Shown here piece after piece: positions 14,229 to 28,212 of a DNA stretch of 64,000 bases. The DNA comes from Octopus vulgaris (Eukaryota). Location of the stretch: contig OX597831.1 of NCBI GenBank assembly GCA_951406725.2, positions 70,122,001-70,186,000 on the forward strand, given 5' to 3'. Below the pieces are notes generated by a model. That model did not search any database. It worked only from the letters and a program-made list of their open reading frames with translations, and was not told the DNA's origin. The first letter of the stretch is position 1; each line of letters starts with the position of its first letter. Position numbers and translations under genes: made by a program.

Positions 14229-14728
14229 CAGGTCACTTTCGAGTGCTACTGGTAACAGGTCACCCAGTACAATCTGTTGCATGGTCGGGTTGTCGGCGAC
14301 TAAACCAGCAACCCCACCAAGCTTGCTTGGTGAGGAGGGTGTTTATTGGACACCCTGCGGGATGAAAAGCAAAACCCGTCAAAGGGCGGACGAACTCTTG
14401 AGAGTCAACAGCCATCCAATAACTGTCTTAAGGCTGTATCATGTGTGGGGACATAGAAATAATTGGACTGAATACCTGATCGCATAGTTAAACCATTGGG
14501 TGTGAAGGACTCCTAGCCTTTGTTAGGGCATCCTTCTAGGAGAAGGTAACTCAGGTAACTGGGATAACTCTGACATAAAACCTGCGGCTCAGTGGTTACC
14601 GATGATGTAGGCTTGTTCTTCTTTTCGGATTATGGCTGCTGTTGCTTAGTGAGTGGGATTGACTCAGTGCACAGCCTTTCCTCACTTTAAAAAAAATCTT
14701 CTTGCACAGGCATTGCATGATAACAACA
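14229..14728 (+). mobile_element. Non-autonomous RTE-like retroelement derivative
   Basis: GC-richer block with RTE 5'UTR-like motifs gggttgtcgg...ccagcaacccc and ggcatccttctaggagaagg. A related motif lies on the minus strand at ~29707-29760. No long ORF. Confidence 0.5.
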
Positions 14729-14777
14729 TTGATTAAGCTTCCTACAATGGCCATACTTGATAACGAGGAGGCAGCCA

Positions 14778-14822
<45 letters not shown>

Positions 14823-14993
14823 TATTTAAACACTTCAGTATGACAAGCTGGTACTGTACCCTAGTAAATAAAAATTTAATATATTATTATAGCAAGTACA
14901 TAGGCATCATCCTCTTCTGATGTGACCAAAACTCTATTCCTTCATTCTCTTAAATCAAAACTCTACATTTGATGAATTATATAATTCCATATA

Positions 14994-15216
14994 CAATAAT
15001 CCCTTGACTATCACATGTGTTACGTTCCAAAATCCCCCACAATAGGTGAAAATCCACAAAGTAGAAACAGTAATGTACTGTATATTTTTTAAAATTATTT
15101 TTATAATTTGCATATATCTACTTCATTATAAATGCAAAACAACACCACTGTAGAATTGACATAAGCTTAAAAAATAAACTATGATAGGTGAACCACAATA
15201 TGGCAAGGGATTACTG
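14994..15216. mobile_element. Tigger/pogo-like MITE
   Basis: TIRs caataatcccttg and caagggattactg, TA on both sides; internal CpG-decayed motifs. Confidence 0.75.
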
Positions 15217-15232
15217 TATAGACAGAATTGCT

Positions 15233-15653
15233 GGATCTTTTCGGTTTGAACGGCAGTTTTTTCTAGCGGTATCATATGAAATTTTCACCCATAATTATCA
15301 CCCTAGTATCGATCTATTGCATTTCAATCTGTTTTAGGGTAAGGGTTAGTTAGGAATGGGGGGAAGTGTATCTTTTTTTCTTCACAAATGTAAATAAACT
15401 CAATCTGTTTCTTAAATGAGGGACATATTCATACGGCACAGAATGTTTTTCTTACCTCAATAGACGTCAGAGATTGGTTGAAATTGCAAAAATTGAAGAA
15501 AAAAACAACAAATATCTTACAAACTATAGAATTTTCTCAGTAAAGCCAAGAGAAAAAGATGTTTTATAAGCACATTCTACCAGTATACGAAGTTTAAAAT
15601 TTTTTAGTTACCTAGAATTATGTTAAAAACTGCCGTTCAAACCAAAAAGATCC
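15233..15653. mobile_element. MITE with 8-bp TSD (Merlin- or hAT-like)
   Basis: TIRs ggatcttttcggtttgaacggcagttttt and aaaaactgccgttcaaaccaaaaagatcc. TSD gaattgct at 15225-15232 and 15654-15661. Confidence 0.9.
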
Positions 15654-16003
15654 GAATTGCTTTATACATTTATTGACTGATTCTAAATTACTTTTGATCT
15701 TGTAATTCTAATATTAAATCAACAATTTCTAAACTAGCCCCTACTCTTGTGTGAATATGAATGTAATTCATTTTTTTATAGATAGTCTAATAACTTCATG
15801 TATTAAACTTACCTTGACAAGCATCTTAAATGCGATTTCTACCTCAATACAGTAACTATCCCTTTATGAACATGTTTTGTTTACTCTTATTTATTTTTGA
15901 TTGATAATAAACTTTCTCTTCTTTTCCCCTATCTCCATATCTTTCCTGCCTAACTTCTAACCTGTAAAAGACACTAACATCTGTGTTATCTTTTGCAATA
16001 TAT

Positions 16004-16392
16004 AGGCGCAGGAGTGGCTGTGTGGTAAGCAGCTTGCTTACCAACCACATGGTTCTGGGTTCAGTCCCACTGCGTGGCACTTTGGACAAGTGTTTTCTAC
16101 TATAGCCTCGGGCCGACCAAAGCCTTGTGAGTGGATTTAGTAGAAGGAAACTGAAAGAAGCCTGTCGTGTATATGTATATATATGTATGTGTTTGTGTGT
16201 CTGTGTTTGTCCCCCTAACATTGCTCGACAACCGATGCTGGTGTGTTCATGCCCCCGTAGCTAAGCGGTTCGGCAAAAGAGACCGATAGAATAAGTACTA
16301 GGCTTACAACGAATAAGTCCTGGGGTCGATTTGCTCAACTAAAGGCGGTGCTCCAGCATGGCCGCAGTCAAATGACTGAAACAAGTAAAAAA
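16004..16392 (+). mobile_element. tRNA-derived SINE family A
   Basis: Head aggcgcaggagtggctgtgtggtaag...ggttcagtccc, internal (TA/TG)n, tail gcggtgctccagcatggccgcagtcaaatgactgaaacaagtaaaa. Confidence 0.9.
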
Positions 16393-16596
16393 AACAGTAC
16401 CCCAAACATTGCACTAGTTTACCAATATAGTTCCTCTTTAGTTTCCATACATTTACTCTCCCACTTACCATGTTTGATATCAATATATATTGCCTGGCCA
16501 GTGCTACTCAGATCAAATCTAAAAGACAGCTCACCAGCAAGTAAATTTCAGTTATCTTTCAACAAACACAAAAGCCCAATTTATATTTTATCTTAA

Positions 16597-16788
16597 CCCT
16601 TTGGCATTTAAATCAGCCATATCTGGCCCAAATATTCTACCTGTTTTATGTTCAGCCTGGCCAGATTTGACCTCTCACATCTCTCCTACAATGTCATTCT
16701 AAAAATAAACAGATGACATCATTGAAGACTTGAAGCTATGGGAATAAACAAACATTGCATTTGACCAAGTATTCTGAATGCTAAAGGG
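16597..16788. mobile_element. piggyBac-type MITE (TTAA TSD)
   Basis: ttaa|ccctttggcatt...aatgctaaaggg|ttaa; second copy at 41151-41370. Confidence 0.82.
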
Positions 16789-17123
16789 TTAAGGTACTCA
16801 CATAGAACAAACATATCTTGGACTGTAATTTTTGGTGTCTCACCGTTAATCTACTTTTGCACAAATGTAGAATTCTTTTCAAGAATATTCTAATAACAAA
16901 TAGAAAACTTCAAAAAGACAAAAAAAAAACCCATTTGATTTATGAACATCACTCAAGAATGCACCTTGATTATTTTTTAAGGAACTCCTGTATCTTTTAT
17001 TCTAGACATATCTAAAAACACCGATTCCAACTCTTCCCCTGAGCAATTTTGCTGGATATCCCCTCTTTCTGATAATATTTGTACAAGAAACAGTATTTTT
17101 TACAATCCAGTTTCAATAATAAT

Positions 17124-17498
17124 GGAAGCACTCCGTCGGTTAAGACGACGAGGGTTCCAGTTGATCCGAATCAATGGAACAGCCTGCTCGTGAAATTAAC
17201 ATGTAAGTGGCTGAGCACTCCACAGACACGTGTACCCTTAACGTAGTTCTTGGGGATATTCAGCATGACACAGAGAGTGACAAGGCCGGCCCTTTGAAAT
17301 ACAGGTACAACAGAAACAGGAAGTAAGAGAAAGTTGTGGTGAAAGAGTACAGCTGGGATCACCACCATCCCCTGCTGGAGCCTCATGGAGCCTTTAGGTG
17401 TTTTCGCTCAATAAACACTCACAACGCCCGGTCTGGGAATCGAAACCGCGATCCCACAACCGCGAGTCCGCTGCCCTAACCACTGGGCCATTGCGCCT
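17124..17498 (-). mobile_element. SINE family C
   Basis: Full copy closely matching 7545-7935; flanked by caataataat direct repeats. Confidence 0.9.
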
Positions 17499-17960
17499 CA
17501 ATAATAATAAACATATAAGCAAAAGCCATACTTCACTTGGATAGTCAAAAGCATAATTGCTTTTCTTTAAAATAATTTTGTACCAGTTTTCGTTTTATTC
17601 CAACACTTATTATGTATATTTCAGTGATTCCAATTTTCTAGTTGTTGCTCTGATAAAGAAAATTTTATCATCGTACATGAACTGAATCCCATTCAACTGA
17701 CATTTCATTGACATATTGATTGACAGTAGCATTTCCTTATTTACTCCAGTATTTTCTCTGAACTGGTGCCAGTAGTTATAATTCCAGACAATTATATTAT
17801 ACATTTCTTTCGATGCACTTTTCTGTACACTATCCAGATAGATAAACATTCATAAAATATACACATAAGATTTGTTCTGTTTACTCTAAAGTTATCTTAT
17901 ATGATATCTGAAGGCAGCGTACTCACAGAAATAAACATGTGTGTGTATGTACACACATGT

Positions 17961-18035
<75 letters not shown>

Positions 18036-18051
18036 TACATATATATGTATA

Positions 18052-18089
<38 letters not shown>

Positions 18090-18091
<2 letters not shown>

Positions 18092-18337
18092 GGTGACACA
18101 TGAAAAACACTATTTGAGCATGGCTATCGCCTGTACCACCTGACTGGCCCTTGTGCCAGTGGCACATAAAAGCACCCACAGCACTTTTGGAGTGGTTGGC
18201 GTTAGGAAGGGCATCCAGCTGCAGTAACTCTGTCAGATCAGATTAGAGCCTGGTGCAGCCATCTGGCTTGCTAGTCCTCAGTCAAACCATGCCAGTATGG
18301 AAAGTGGACGTTAAACGATGATGATGATGATGATGAT
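18090..18337 (+). mobile_element. SINE-like family D with (GAT)n tail
   Basis: gtggcacataaaagcacc...ggcgttaggaagggcatccagctg...ggacgttaaacgatgatgat. Confidence 0.75.
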
Positions 18338-19101
18338 ATATATATATTATTATTATTTAAATGTGGCAAGCTGGCAGAATCCTTGGCAGATTTTGACCTC
18401 AAAACATAGCAGCAGGTGAAGTATTTCACCTGACATGCTAACGATTCTGCCAGCTTGCCACATTTAAATGATAATAAGAATAACGATATAACACAAGGAT
18501 GGAAGTTAACAGACTTTAATAGTAGATCCTGATGTACATTTTCTGCATCCCTCATTTGCTTTAAGTTGCTGGGTGTAGCATTATGTAAGATTAATCTTCA
18601 TAATATACATACACACACATATATATATCATCATCATCGTTTAACGTCCGCTTTCCACACTGTCATCACAGCTATCCTGCATTCAAAAATTATACGGGTA
18701 TTTTAAAAGTTTTCATTCCGTAAATAATAAATTATGTATACATTATTAGAACACACTGTCAGTTTTCCAAATAGTGAAGGAAAACTCAAAAGAGAAAGTG
18801 TGAGACTTTCAAATGAGAATGGAATACTCCGCAGTGAATGCAATGAATATTTAAATATGTGAATTGGATGCAGTGAATGCAATGAATATTTAAATTTGCG
18901 AGAAATTGGAATTTAAAAAATTCAAGAAACGTGAGAAATTGAAATTATAGGAAATTTCTGAGAACATGGATTTCCAAAATTATTCCCAGGGGTCCACCAT
19001 TTAATAATTGCTTTCTTTTACTACTTTTAGTAATTGTTAATACCTAATTAATAAGCAGCTTTCTATATTGTAGTATAAATTATTATTATTATTATTGTTA
19101 C

Positions 19102-19757
<656 letters not shown>

Positions 19758-19798
19758 ATCATCATCATCATCATCGTTATTATTATTATTATTATTAT

Positions 19799-20415
19799 TG
19801 AGTGACAGAGCAGTGCATGCCATCAAAGTGACACTGGGGTAAAATATACAAAGCCCAGTATACCCATCATGACTAGCCATCTGATAAGGGTACACTGGGC
19901 ACATGCATCAAAACCATATGTGTGTGACATGGTGATCTCATATCAAGATAAACAGCACATGACTTTGCAGGTGGGGGCCAGTCAGAATTTTCTTCTGGTC
20001 GAGTAATCCATCCCACTCAAAAGCTCCCGGAATAAGGGTTGTTAAGGATGTTGATAGAGAGAGGAATTTTGGAAAATTCACATGATCTGATTTTTCTCCT
20101 TCATAACTTTCAGGAAGATGAGTATCTTTTAACGAAAATTTATACTAATCCCTTTCAAACGACATAGATTACAATTATAAAGAAATTTGTGGGGAAAATT
20201 TTTTCAGGTATTTTCCTAATTTTTTTAAACGACTGCCTTCAAATTGATGGGTTGTAGGGGGCAAACACTAAGTGATATGCTCAACTGGTTAAGGTCAAAC
20301 AACTGACAAGCAGATCTGTGGTATTGAGCAGAGGTGAATTATTCAAACCTCAAACAATCCCTCTCAATACTTGGCTATGATGCTCCCCCACTACTTCTGC
20401 TTGTGATCAGAGATG

Positions 20416-20416
<1 letters not shown>
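19799..20416 (-). mobile_element. Family E copy, interrupted and rearranged
   Basis: Family E 19799-20054, foreign repeat 20056-20265, out-of-order E segment 20266-20332, E resumes to 20416, then (TAT)n. Confidence 0.8.
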
Positions 20417-20505
<89 letters not shown>

Positions 20506-21476
20506 CATTATTATAATTATTATCATTATTATTATTATTATTTCATGTTTGTGTGCATGTGTATGTGTTATTCATCTCCATACACATATTCACCAGCTAA
20601 GTTACCATAAAAAAACTACATGCAGTTGTTGTGACTCTTTCAGCCTCACTCCGTACCCCTCCTTAAACAATCTAATGCTTCTAATACATATTGTCAATTA
20701 GTACTCTAAATAGTCCTTTAAAATAAGTCATACAATCCAACATATATTTTATATTCTATAACATCTCTTGCATACCATATTTGTACTCTTGATTTGTACT
20801 GATTTTTTTGCTTCCAATAAAAAAAAAGACCCTCATGTAAAATTTATTTATAAATGAACAAACAACTACCTTGTAAACACTAAAATTAATGTAAACCAAC
20901 TGCAAAATGCAGTATCTAAGAACTCACTGCTAATAATATTTCGTCAAATATTTCCGAAACCTTTTATTCTAGAATACTAAATTTCTACCATTTTAAGCAT
21001 AACATATAAATGAAGGGCTAAACTTTATGTCATAATTTATTATCTCATTTCATCTTTTTTATTAATTATCAACAAATTACACTAATTAACCTTACAACTT
21101 TGATACAAAGTTAACTATTTAATTTTCTCACACGTATATTCGAAATACATTCTTACAGATCACAGAATTCAAATCAGCTCTTCTTTACCGCATAAAAAAA
21201 ATAGTCTTATGTTTTTCTCATTAAATATCTGTTCATATGTTTCCCAATATTCCAGATAGCCTAAAGCTTTACAAGCTAATTTTATTCAGTTAAGTATTTT
21301 TGTTAAACATATTTCTAGAATATTAAGTTTACCTTAAATATTTTCCTATTTTCCACTTGTGTCACATGTGTATTTACCTCAGTAATTTTGTTTTTCTGGT
21401 TAATTACAGCAACTAGTTGCAAAACAAAATTTGGGCCAGTAATCAATATATGAAGAAACATAACAGACATAAATAT

Positions 21477-21556
<80 letters not shown>

Positions 21557-22289
21557 ACATACACACATACATATATACAGACATCTATACAGACAGATAT
21601 TAGAAATCAGCTCCACAGAAGAAGAATTTAAATCATCAAAAACAGAAGAGAACATACACACATATAAATCATTATCATTATAATCATTTTTCAAGTGTTC
21701 TTTTGGGGTTTTCTTTGCATGCTTGTATGGGTTGGATAATCTTAATGGTTTGTCACTTCATGTTGTCCTTTGTCATCTCTTTCATTATGTTCAGTTTCTA
21801 AAGATGAGTTTAGATCATTTATACCTATGTTTCTCAGTCCTCCTCTTCTGTACAATTCTTCCTCCTAGATTCACAAAACTTTCCTCTATATGCTTCACAT
21901 GCCCATGCCAGAACAGTCTTCTCACTGGCATAATGAAAGTTGATTCCAGTTGTACTCAGTTTTTCTCTCAGCTTATTTGTGTTCAGTCATCCAAGACCAT
22001 TAACATTATAGATTCTATGAAGCATGTTTGCTTCATTTCTTTCCAGTCATTGTATATCCCTTGCATTCCATGTTTTGCCATCATGCAACATCACTCATTT
22101 GTATGTGAGAATCATACACTTTACCCTTCACTCAAAGAAAAATCCTTCTCTTAGCAACAAAGGCAAAAGCTTCCTTGCATTTTTTCCACTCTGTCTTAAC
22201 ATTCATCACAATGCATTTGGAACAAACATATCCAATATTTCTTTATAGTCAAACCTATGAACTGCTTCTAGAAATTTGGAAGAATTCAT

Positions 22290-22900
22290 TTCTTGGTTAC
22301 TAAATGCTGTTATGCATCAGCTACAAAGTCCTTCTCCTGTGTCAGCCAGGAGTGATCTTGCAGCATTTTTTGTGCACATGTAGTTTACATTTGGTGCATA
22401 CTATAGTCTTTCTACCAATGCTTTTATTGCATTTTGAGTATGATCACCTCATTGCTGGTAGTTGAGTTTTGTCTCTATTACTGCTAATTAAAACCTACAT
22501 CTTTGCTAGGTTTACTTTGAGGCTTTGTGATTCTAGACATTGCTTCTACATTTGGAATTTCTTCTTTCTTTCTTCAATAGATTAACCTATGAAAATTAGG
22601 TCATCATCAAATAGGACTTCTTACAATCAGATAGCTTGAAACTTTTCTATTATGGCCTGGAGAACTTAGTGCAACCAATGGGGTTTGCAATCCAAAATAC
22701 TGGACACCTATAATACACTATTCACAAAACATTGGTAAACCCTTTACTTTTTCCTTGTTACATACACCTCCCCCTCATCTTCTCTTCTAACCACCTGGTG
22801 TTCAATGCTCTTCTCTTCTTGCAATCTTTCGACCAGTCTCTCATTTTTTCATTACCCTTAAACACTTCCCAAACCATTACAACATGCAAAATCAGTTTTT
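22290..22900 (-). mobile_element. Highly decayed RTE-like LINE fragment
   Basis: Minus strand shows an EVLFDDDL RT-like motif at ~22598-22622 and a Cys/His cluster (SIVCTKCKLHVHKKCC) at ~22360-22408. Confidence 0.45.
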
Positions 22901-24349
22901 GAAAACTTGGGATATTCTATTTAGGTCTGAGTTTATCCTGTTATAAGGGTCAGCATGGCCACTTTCAGTATCCAAAATAAACTATGCAATAAACTGCATA
23001 ATGTATATCAATCAAAATCTACAAAATTCTAAAATGAGAAAGAAAATTTACTTGGATTGTGAGGGATGGTATATGAACAGCTTGTGAGTTACGATCTATA
23101 ATCTAGAATATATTTCCAAAAATCAAGAAAGTTAAAAGAATTATTTCCTCAATCTAATGAAATATCATTTCTTATACCAGCAAGAATAAGGCAAGCCATT
23201 ACACATATATATGTAAACACATGCACACACACTGCTGGAATGGCTGTAAATAGTTTATTTTTCTGCCAAATTGATAGCTGCTACTGTATTAATAACTTTT
23301 TAACAAGTTGTAGAATATAATACCATTCATTGGAAATGAAGTAATGAAATCACAGTTCACCAATTTTTTTTTCCTAAAATAACTTTAAAAAAGTGAGCCA
23401 CATTTATAAAAAGAAAAACTTTTTTACTGCATCTTCTTTCAATCATATGTATATAGCAAACATATCCTCCTCCTCATCATCATCATGTTTTCCATGTTGG
23501 CATGGGTTGAGCTTCTGTTTCGGCATAGTTTTGCGACTGGATGCCCATCCTAATGCCAACTACTTTACATAGTGTACTAGGTGATTTTCATGTGGCACCA
23601 GTACAGGTGCTTTTTATGTGGCACCAGCATCTGCAGGGTTACTAAGTACCTTGCAAGACAAGGACCTCTCAGCTGGAAAAGGGTGTGGAACTGAGAGAAG
23701 TGGCCGTGTGCTAGGTGAGAGAGAGAGTATGATAGAGGGAGGGAGATAACCCACTTACTATAAAGGAGATACTTGGCTACCTTTGTAGGACAAGGAAGGA
23801 AAGTGGAAGCGAGTTAGGGAAGGAGATAGTGAAACAGTTAGAGTGAGAGAGAGAGAGAGTGTGAACTTATCTACAGGAAACAGTGTGGCAGGGGGCAGTG
23901 TAAGTAGTACAGGTGGGATAGAGGGAGACATTTACTCAAGTTATGATACAGTGGAATTAAACCCAAGACCTTGTAGTTGTCAAACAAACTTTTTAACCAT
24001 TTGGCTATGGAATAGTAAACATTTGTGATATATATTCAATATATAAAGTAGAAGTCATGTATTATACTAGAAGCTGCTGCTTCTTTAAAGTGAGTTTTAC
24101 ATTACTGGATAAGAAAGTAGCTTTGTAATATGCAATCAAAAATATTTGGAAAGTCATTGAAATATGATTTTTTATCAAGATTTAATTGAGTATTCAAAAC
24201 ATCTGTTCGAAAACGACTCACATATTCTTTTATACAATTGTCATACACTGAATATTTGATATATTCATCAAAGCACATGTAGACTCATTATATTTTCGTG
24301 TTTTCTGTATCATATGTATAAAACACACAAATGGTATTTTAAATTGCAG

Positions 24350-24448
24350 AATAGTGTCAGTAAGAATCAGAGCACTACTGTAGGAGAGAGTGAATGGAAT
24401 GATAGTTGTGTATTTATCCCCACTGAGACTAAGAAGGCGAAATTGTGA
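24350..24448 (+). CDS. Candidate terminal coding exon, unknown product
   Basis: Acceptor ...ttttaaattgcag, then NSVSKNQSTTVGESEWNDSCVFIPTETKKAKL*, followed by long repeat-poor AT-rich sequence. No upstream exon or homology recognised. Confidence 0.22.
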   Translation, partial: NSVSKNQSTTVGESEWNDSCVFIPTETKKAKL

Positions 24449-26000
24449 AAATATTTTGCAAGATTGATAAATTTCAAGAATATGTAAGAACAGGAGTGAG
24501 CTGCGACTGAAATTGATAAGTTATCACAGTATGAATAGTTTATTCAATTGGTCTTTGGAATTCCTTTGATAAATATTGATGGAATTATCTTCAAATATTT
24601 ATATTTTTTCACAGCTTTTGCTAAAAATTTGGAAAGGTGTTGCAAGATGTTATATTTTTCTGAGAAAGCTCATAATGTTTGAGATTATATTGTATAATAT
24701 TTAATTTCCTATTTTGCATATTTTAATATGTATGTTCTTCTACATATTTTTTCCTGTTTATTCTATTTTTGAAGACACTGTTATTGTTATAATGAGCAAC
24801 TTGGTCAAAAGATTCTACATAAAAACATAAGGTAAATATGAACTTAGTGATAATATTAGCTAAATTTCTAAGAAATGTGGTTGAAATTTATAGTAATATA
24901 TCATAAGGTTAACAAAAAAAAAAAAAAGCCAGTATTTACCACTATCTAAACATAATGTTATTTCAAAGAAATTAACTATACTTAACTATATTCATATCTG
25001 CTGTGGGTCTTCAAATCTAATTCTTTGAATATGTTAATGTGCACTTTTGTAATAGTGCCATTGTATGGTCATTCATATCTTGCAAATGGATAAGTTAATA
25101 ACACAGTCAAGATCAAAATCTGCATAGTAGAATCAATTTCAAAGTAAGTCTACTCCTATCAAATTACAAGCTTCACTCCCAATGTATACTTTCATTACTA
25201 CATCAAACAACCAAATATTTTTACTGTTTTTCTCTCTGCTCTCTTTTTTTTTCTGATCTCTTCTCATCTCATTTCTTTTCTTTATTCCCATTTTCCTTTC
25301 CAACCAAATTTTCTCCTTCACCTTCAAGCACCCAGACTCTGCTCCACATATTTATTTAATTATTTAGTCTTTAATTTTTGGCATATTTATGTTTTTCATG
25401 ACAGTCAGGAACCATCCAACAAAATCCTTTCGTGTCTAGACTTGTGGGCATCCTTTATCCAATCAATATTCAATATTCACTTCAATTATGTGTATCTCTT
25501 TTGCTTCTCTTTAGACATTTTCCAAATGTTCCATTTTCAGAATCACCTGAAGATCAGAAATAAGCAACACAAAGGAATGATTCATGAACAATTTCTGCTT
25601 TCATAAAAATGTTATACACTTACTGTATGTAAATATGTATGCACACATGTACACATGCAAACATGCATGCATGCAATTGACATAATCCTTAGAATGTTGG
25701 ATAAAATATCGTGTGGTGTTTATCTATGACCCTTTAAATTCTGAGTTCAAATCATGCAAAGTTCAGCTTTGCATTTCATCCTTTTAGCCTCTATCTCGTA
25801 AGAATTAACTGAGTACAGCATTTGATGTATCTGACTTTTCTTCCACTAACTTGTATCAACAGGCTAAACATCAACTGTTTATACACCATCATCACCAAAA
25901 ATCTAGCAATTGATTAAAAGCTTCTCAATGCATTTTTGTTTTTCATTTTTATACCAAAAACTGCTACTTATAAACCACACCTCCATGGAAAATTTATAGT

Positions 26001-26032
26001 CTGAGGGAGCTGATCCATAGCGAAACGTTGAA
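26001..26032 (+). ncRNA. Degenerate Penelope-type hammerhead motif
   Basis: ctgaggg-a-gct-gatccat-agc-gaaacgtt; one mismatch to CUGANGA, stem I not evident. Confidence 0.4.
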
Positions 26033-27669
26033 GTTGCTGTCAACCTTTTACTTGTAAAAATAAATTTCATATGCATGGTATATATATATATATATGTATC
26101 ATATTTAAATGGCTTTGATGTGTGTAGTTCCAAAATAGCAAAAGTGTTAATCAATATTGGTTATGTGAAAAGATGCAGCATCACTGGGGAGTCTGTGTGA
26201 AGTGAAGAAAGTGTAATATTTTGCTTCATAATTCATATCTTGAAAGTCACTTGAAGTCTCTGTGACTTATATGTTATAGTAAAAACTATTTTTCTGATGG
26301 GATGATGGAAGCCATTGCATTAATGATGTTTTACAAGTTGCACAATACATGCAATATAACTAGCTGTGAACTTGTGACTTCTGGCTCCAATTATCTCTTT
26401 TCTCTACTCTTCAGAACTATGGCTCACACTTTTAAAATAAAAAGACAAAAACGTGAAAGCCTCCAACACCCTTCTCCACCTTATTTTCTTAATTTTATCA
26501 AGATTTTTTATATTTATTTATTAATTTTTGTGTGTCACTTTCCAGAGAAGGGTAAAAGAAGTAATCAATACTAGTGAAGTGAAAAAGATGAAAGAAAAAA
26601 GTTTTTTATAACATTGCAGGGAAGTTTGTGTGATATGTTGGCAAAAGAGTGTTTTCTTTAATAAGACATAATGTCTCGAAAGTCACCTCAACCAGCCGTG
26701 AATTATTGTGTGTTTTTGTGAAGAGATGGAAATTTACGATTGTATTTTCTCAAGTATTAATAGCTTAATTGCAGACCTCATTCCTTCTAGTTCCAAAGTA
26801 ATTGGTTGTGGAGCCATAATACTTTGAATAAGAAACGTTACTTTTGTTTGATAATCTAGACTTCATTGTGCAAAAACCACAAAGATAAAATTAAATGAAA
26901 CACAAAATATCAACAGAAAAGTCGTTTATTATTTTAGCAATATTTGTTATAAATATTTATCGGTGAGCTTAGATTAGTAATATATTGGTTTTATTATTTT
27001 CCTGTTAATTTTTGTTCTGTTTTTTATATATTTTTACTGCTTTCCCCACTTTTCCTACTATATTTGCTGAGAGACTGAATTTTTACATTTCTACTGCAGT
27101 CAGTAAGAGGAACTTTTGATGAAACTACAACAGAAAAAAGATGCTTTCAAAGTATATGAATGAATAAATACCTTCACTATTCAATAATTGCAATGTCTGA
27201 GCTATTTGTGAGCTACATCAAGGCACCTAGAGGTTTCCTATTTAAAATCCAGTCTTTATTACACATTAAGATCTGTTATTACGTTGAGAAAATGGTTTGG
27301 CTAATGACATACTTTGCTGAGTTAAATTGTAGTTGGACCAGAGCTTGAAAAAATATAATCATAGGATAAACATTTTAACAATAAATACAGTGCTTTAGAA
27401 ATGATAACACAGGATATTTAAATGTAGCCTATTGGATTCAGTGCCATGTTTGAAATTGACTATATGAACACACACAAACACACATGCACACACACACAAA
27501 AACACACACACACAAACACACATGCACACATGCACACACACACACATATGTATATATAATCATCATCATCATCATCATCATCATCCACAGCAGCAGCAAC
27601 CAGACCATCATTTAACATACATACATACATACATACACACATACATGCATACCTGCTCATATATATTTA

Positions 27670-27700
<31 letters not shown>

Positions 27701-27701
27701 G

Positions 27702-27930
27702 AGGTGGCAAACTGGCGGAATTGTTAGCATGCCAGGTAAAATGCTCAGCAATATTTCATCCATCTTTATATTCTGAGTTCAGATTCTGTGGAGGTTGACT
27801 TTGCCTTTCATCCTTTTTTTTGGGGGTGGGGGCCGATAAATTAAGTACCAGTAAAACTCTGGGGTCAATGTAATTGACTAGTCCCCTCCTCCGAAATTTC
27901 AGGACTTGTGCCTTTAGTAGAAAGGATTAT
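27702..27930 (+). mobile_element. SINE family B
   Basis: Head and core as at 6736, with the alternative tail aaatttcaggacttgtgcctttagtagaaagg; lies within (TAT)n. Confidence 0.78.
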
Positions 27931-28176
27931 TATTATTATTAAAAGCTTGTAGTCCAGCACAATGCACATACATACATATGTACACATGTAAGTACATACA
28001 TACATACATACATACATACATTCATACATACATACATTCATACATATATACATACATACATACATACATACATACATACATACATGCATGCATGCATGCA
28101 TAAATACATACATACATGCATGCATGCATACATACATACATACATGCATACATACATAAATACATACATACATACA

Positions 28177-28210
<34 letters not shown>

Positions 28211-28212
28211 CA

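Noticed and set aside
17610-17849. 79-aa non-repetitive minus-strand ORF
   Set aside because: No motif, homology or splice signals; compatible with chance.
18830-18896. Direct repeat gcagtgaatgcaatgaatatttaaat x2 as a CRISPR-like array
   Set aside because: Only two units in eukaryotic repeat DNA with no cas genes; a simple tandem duplication.
23051-23101. Minus-strand 51-bp in-frame micro-exon (IIDRNSQAVHIPSLTIQ), with similar candidates at ~21190-21260, ~21369-21403 and 13222-13260
   Set aside because: AG/GT bounded, but splice sites are weak, phases do not chain and there is no recognisable homology; unsupported without RNA data.
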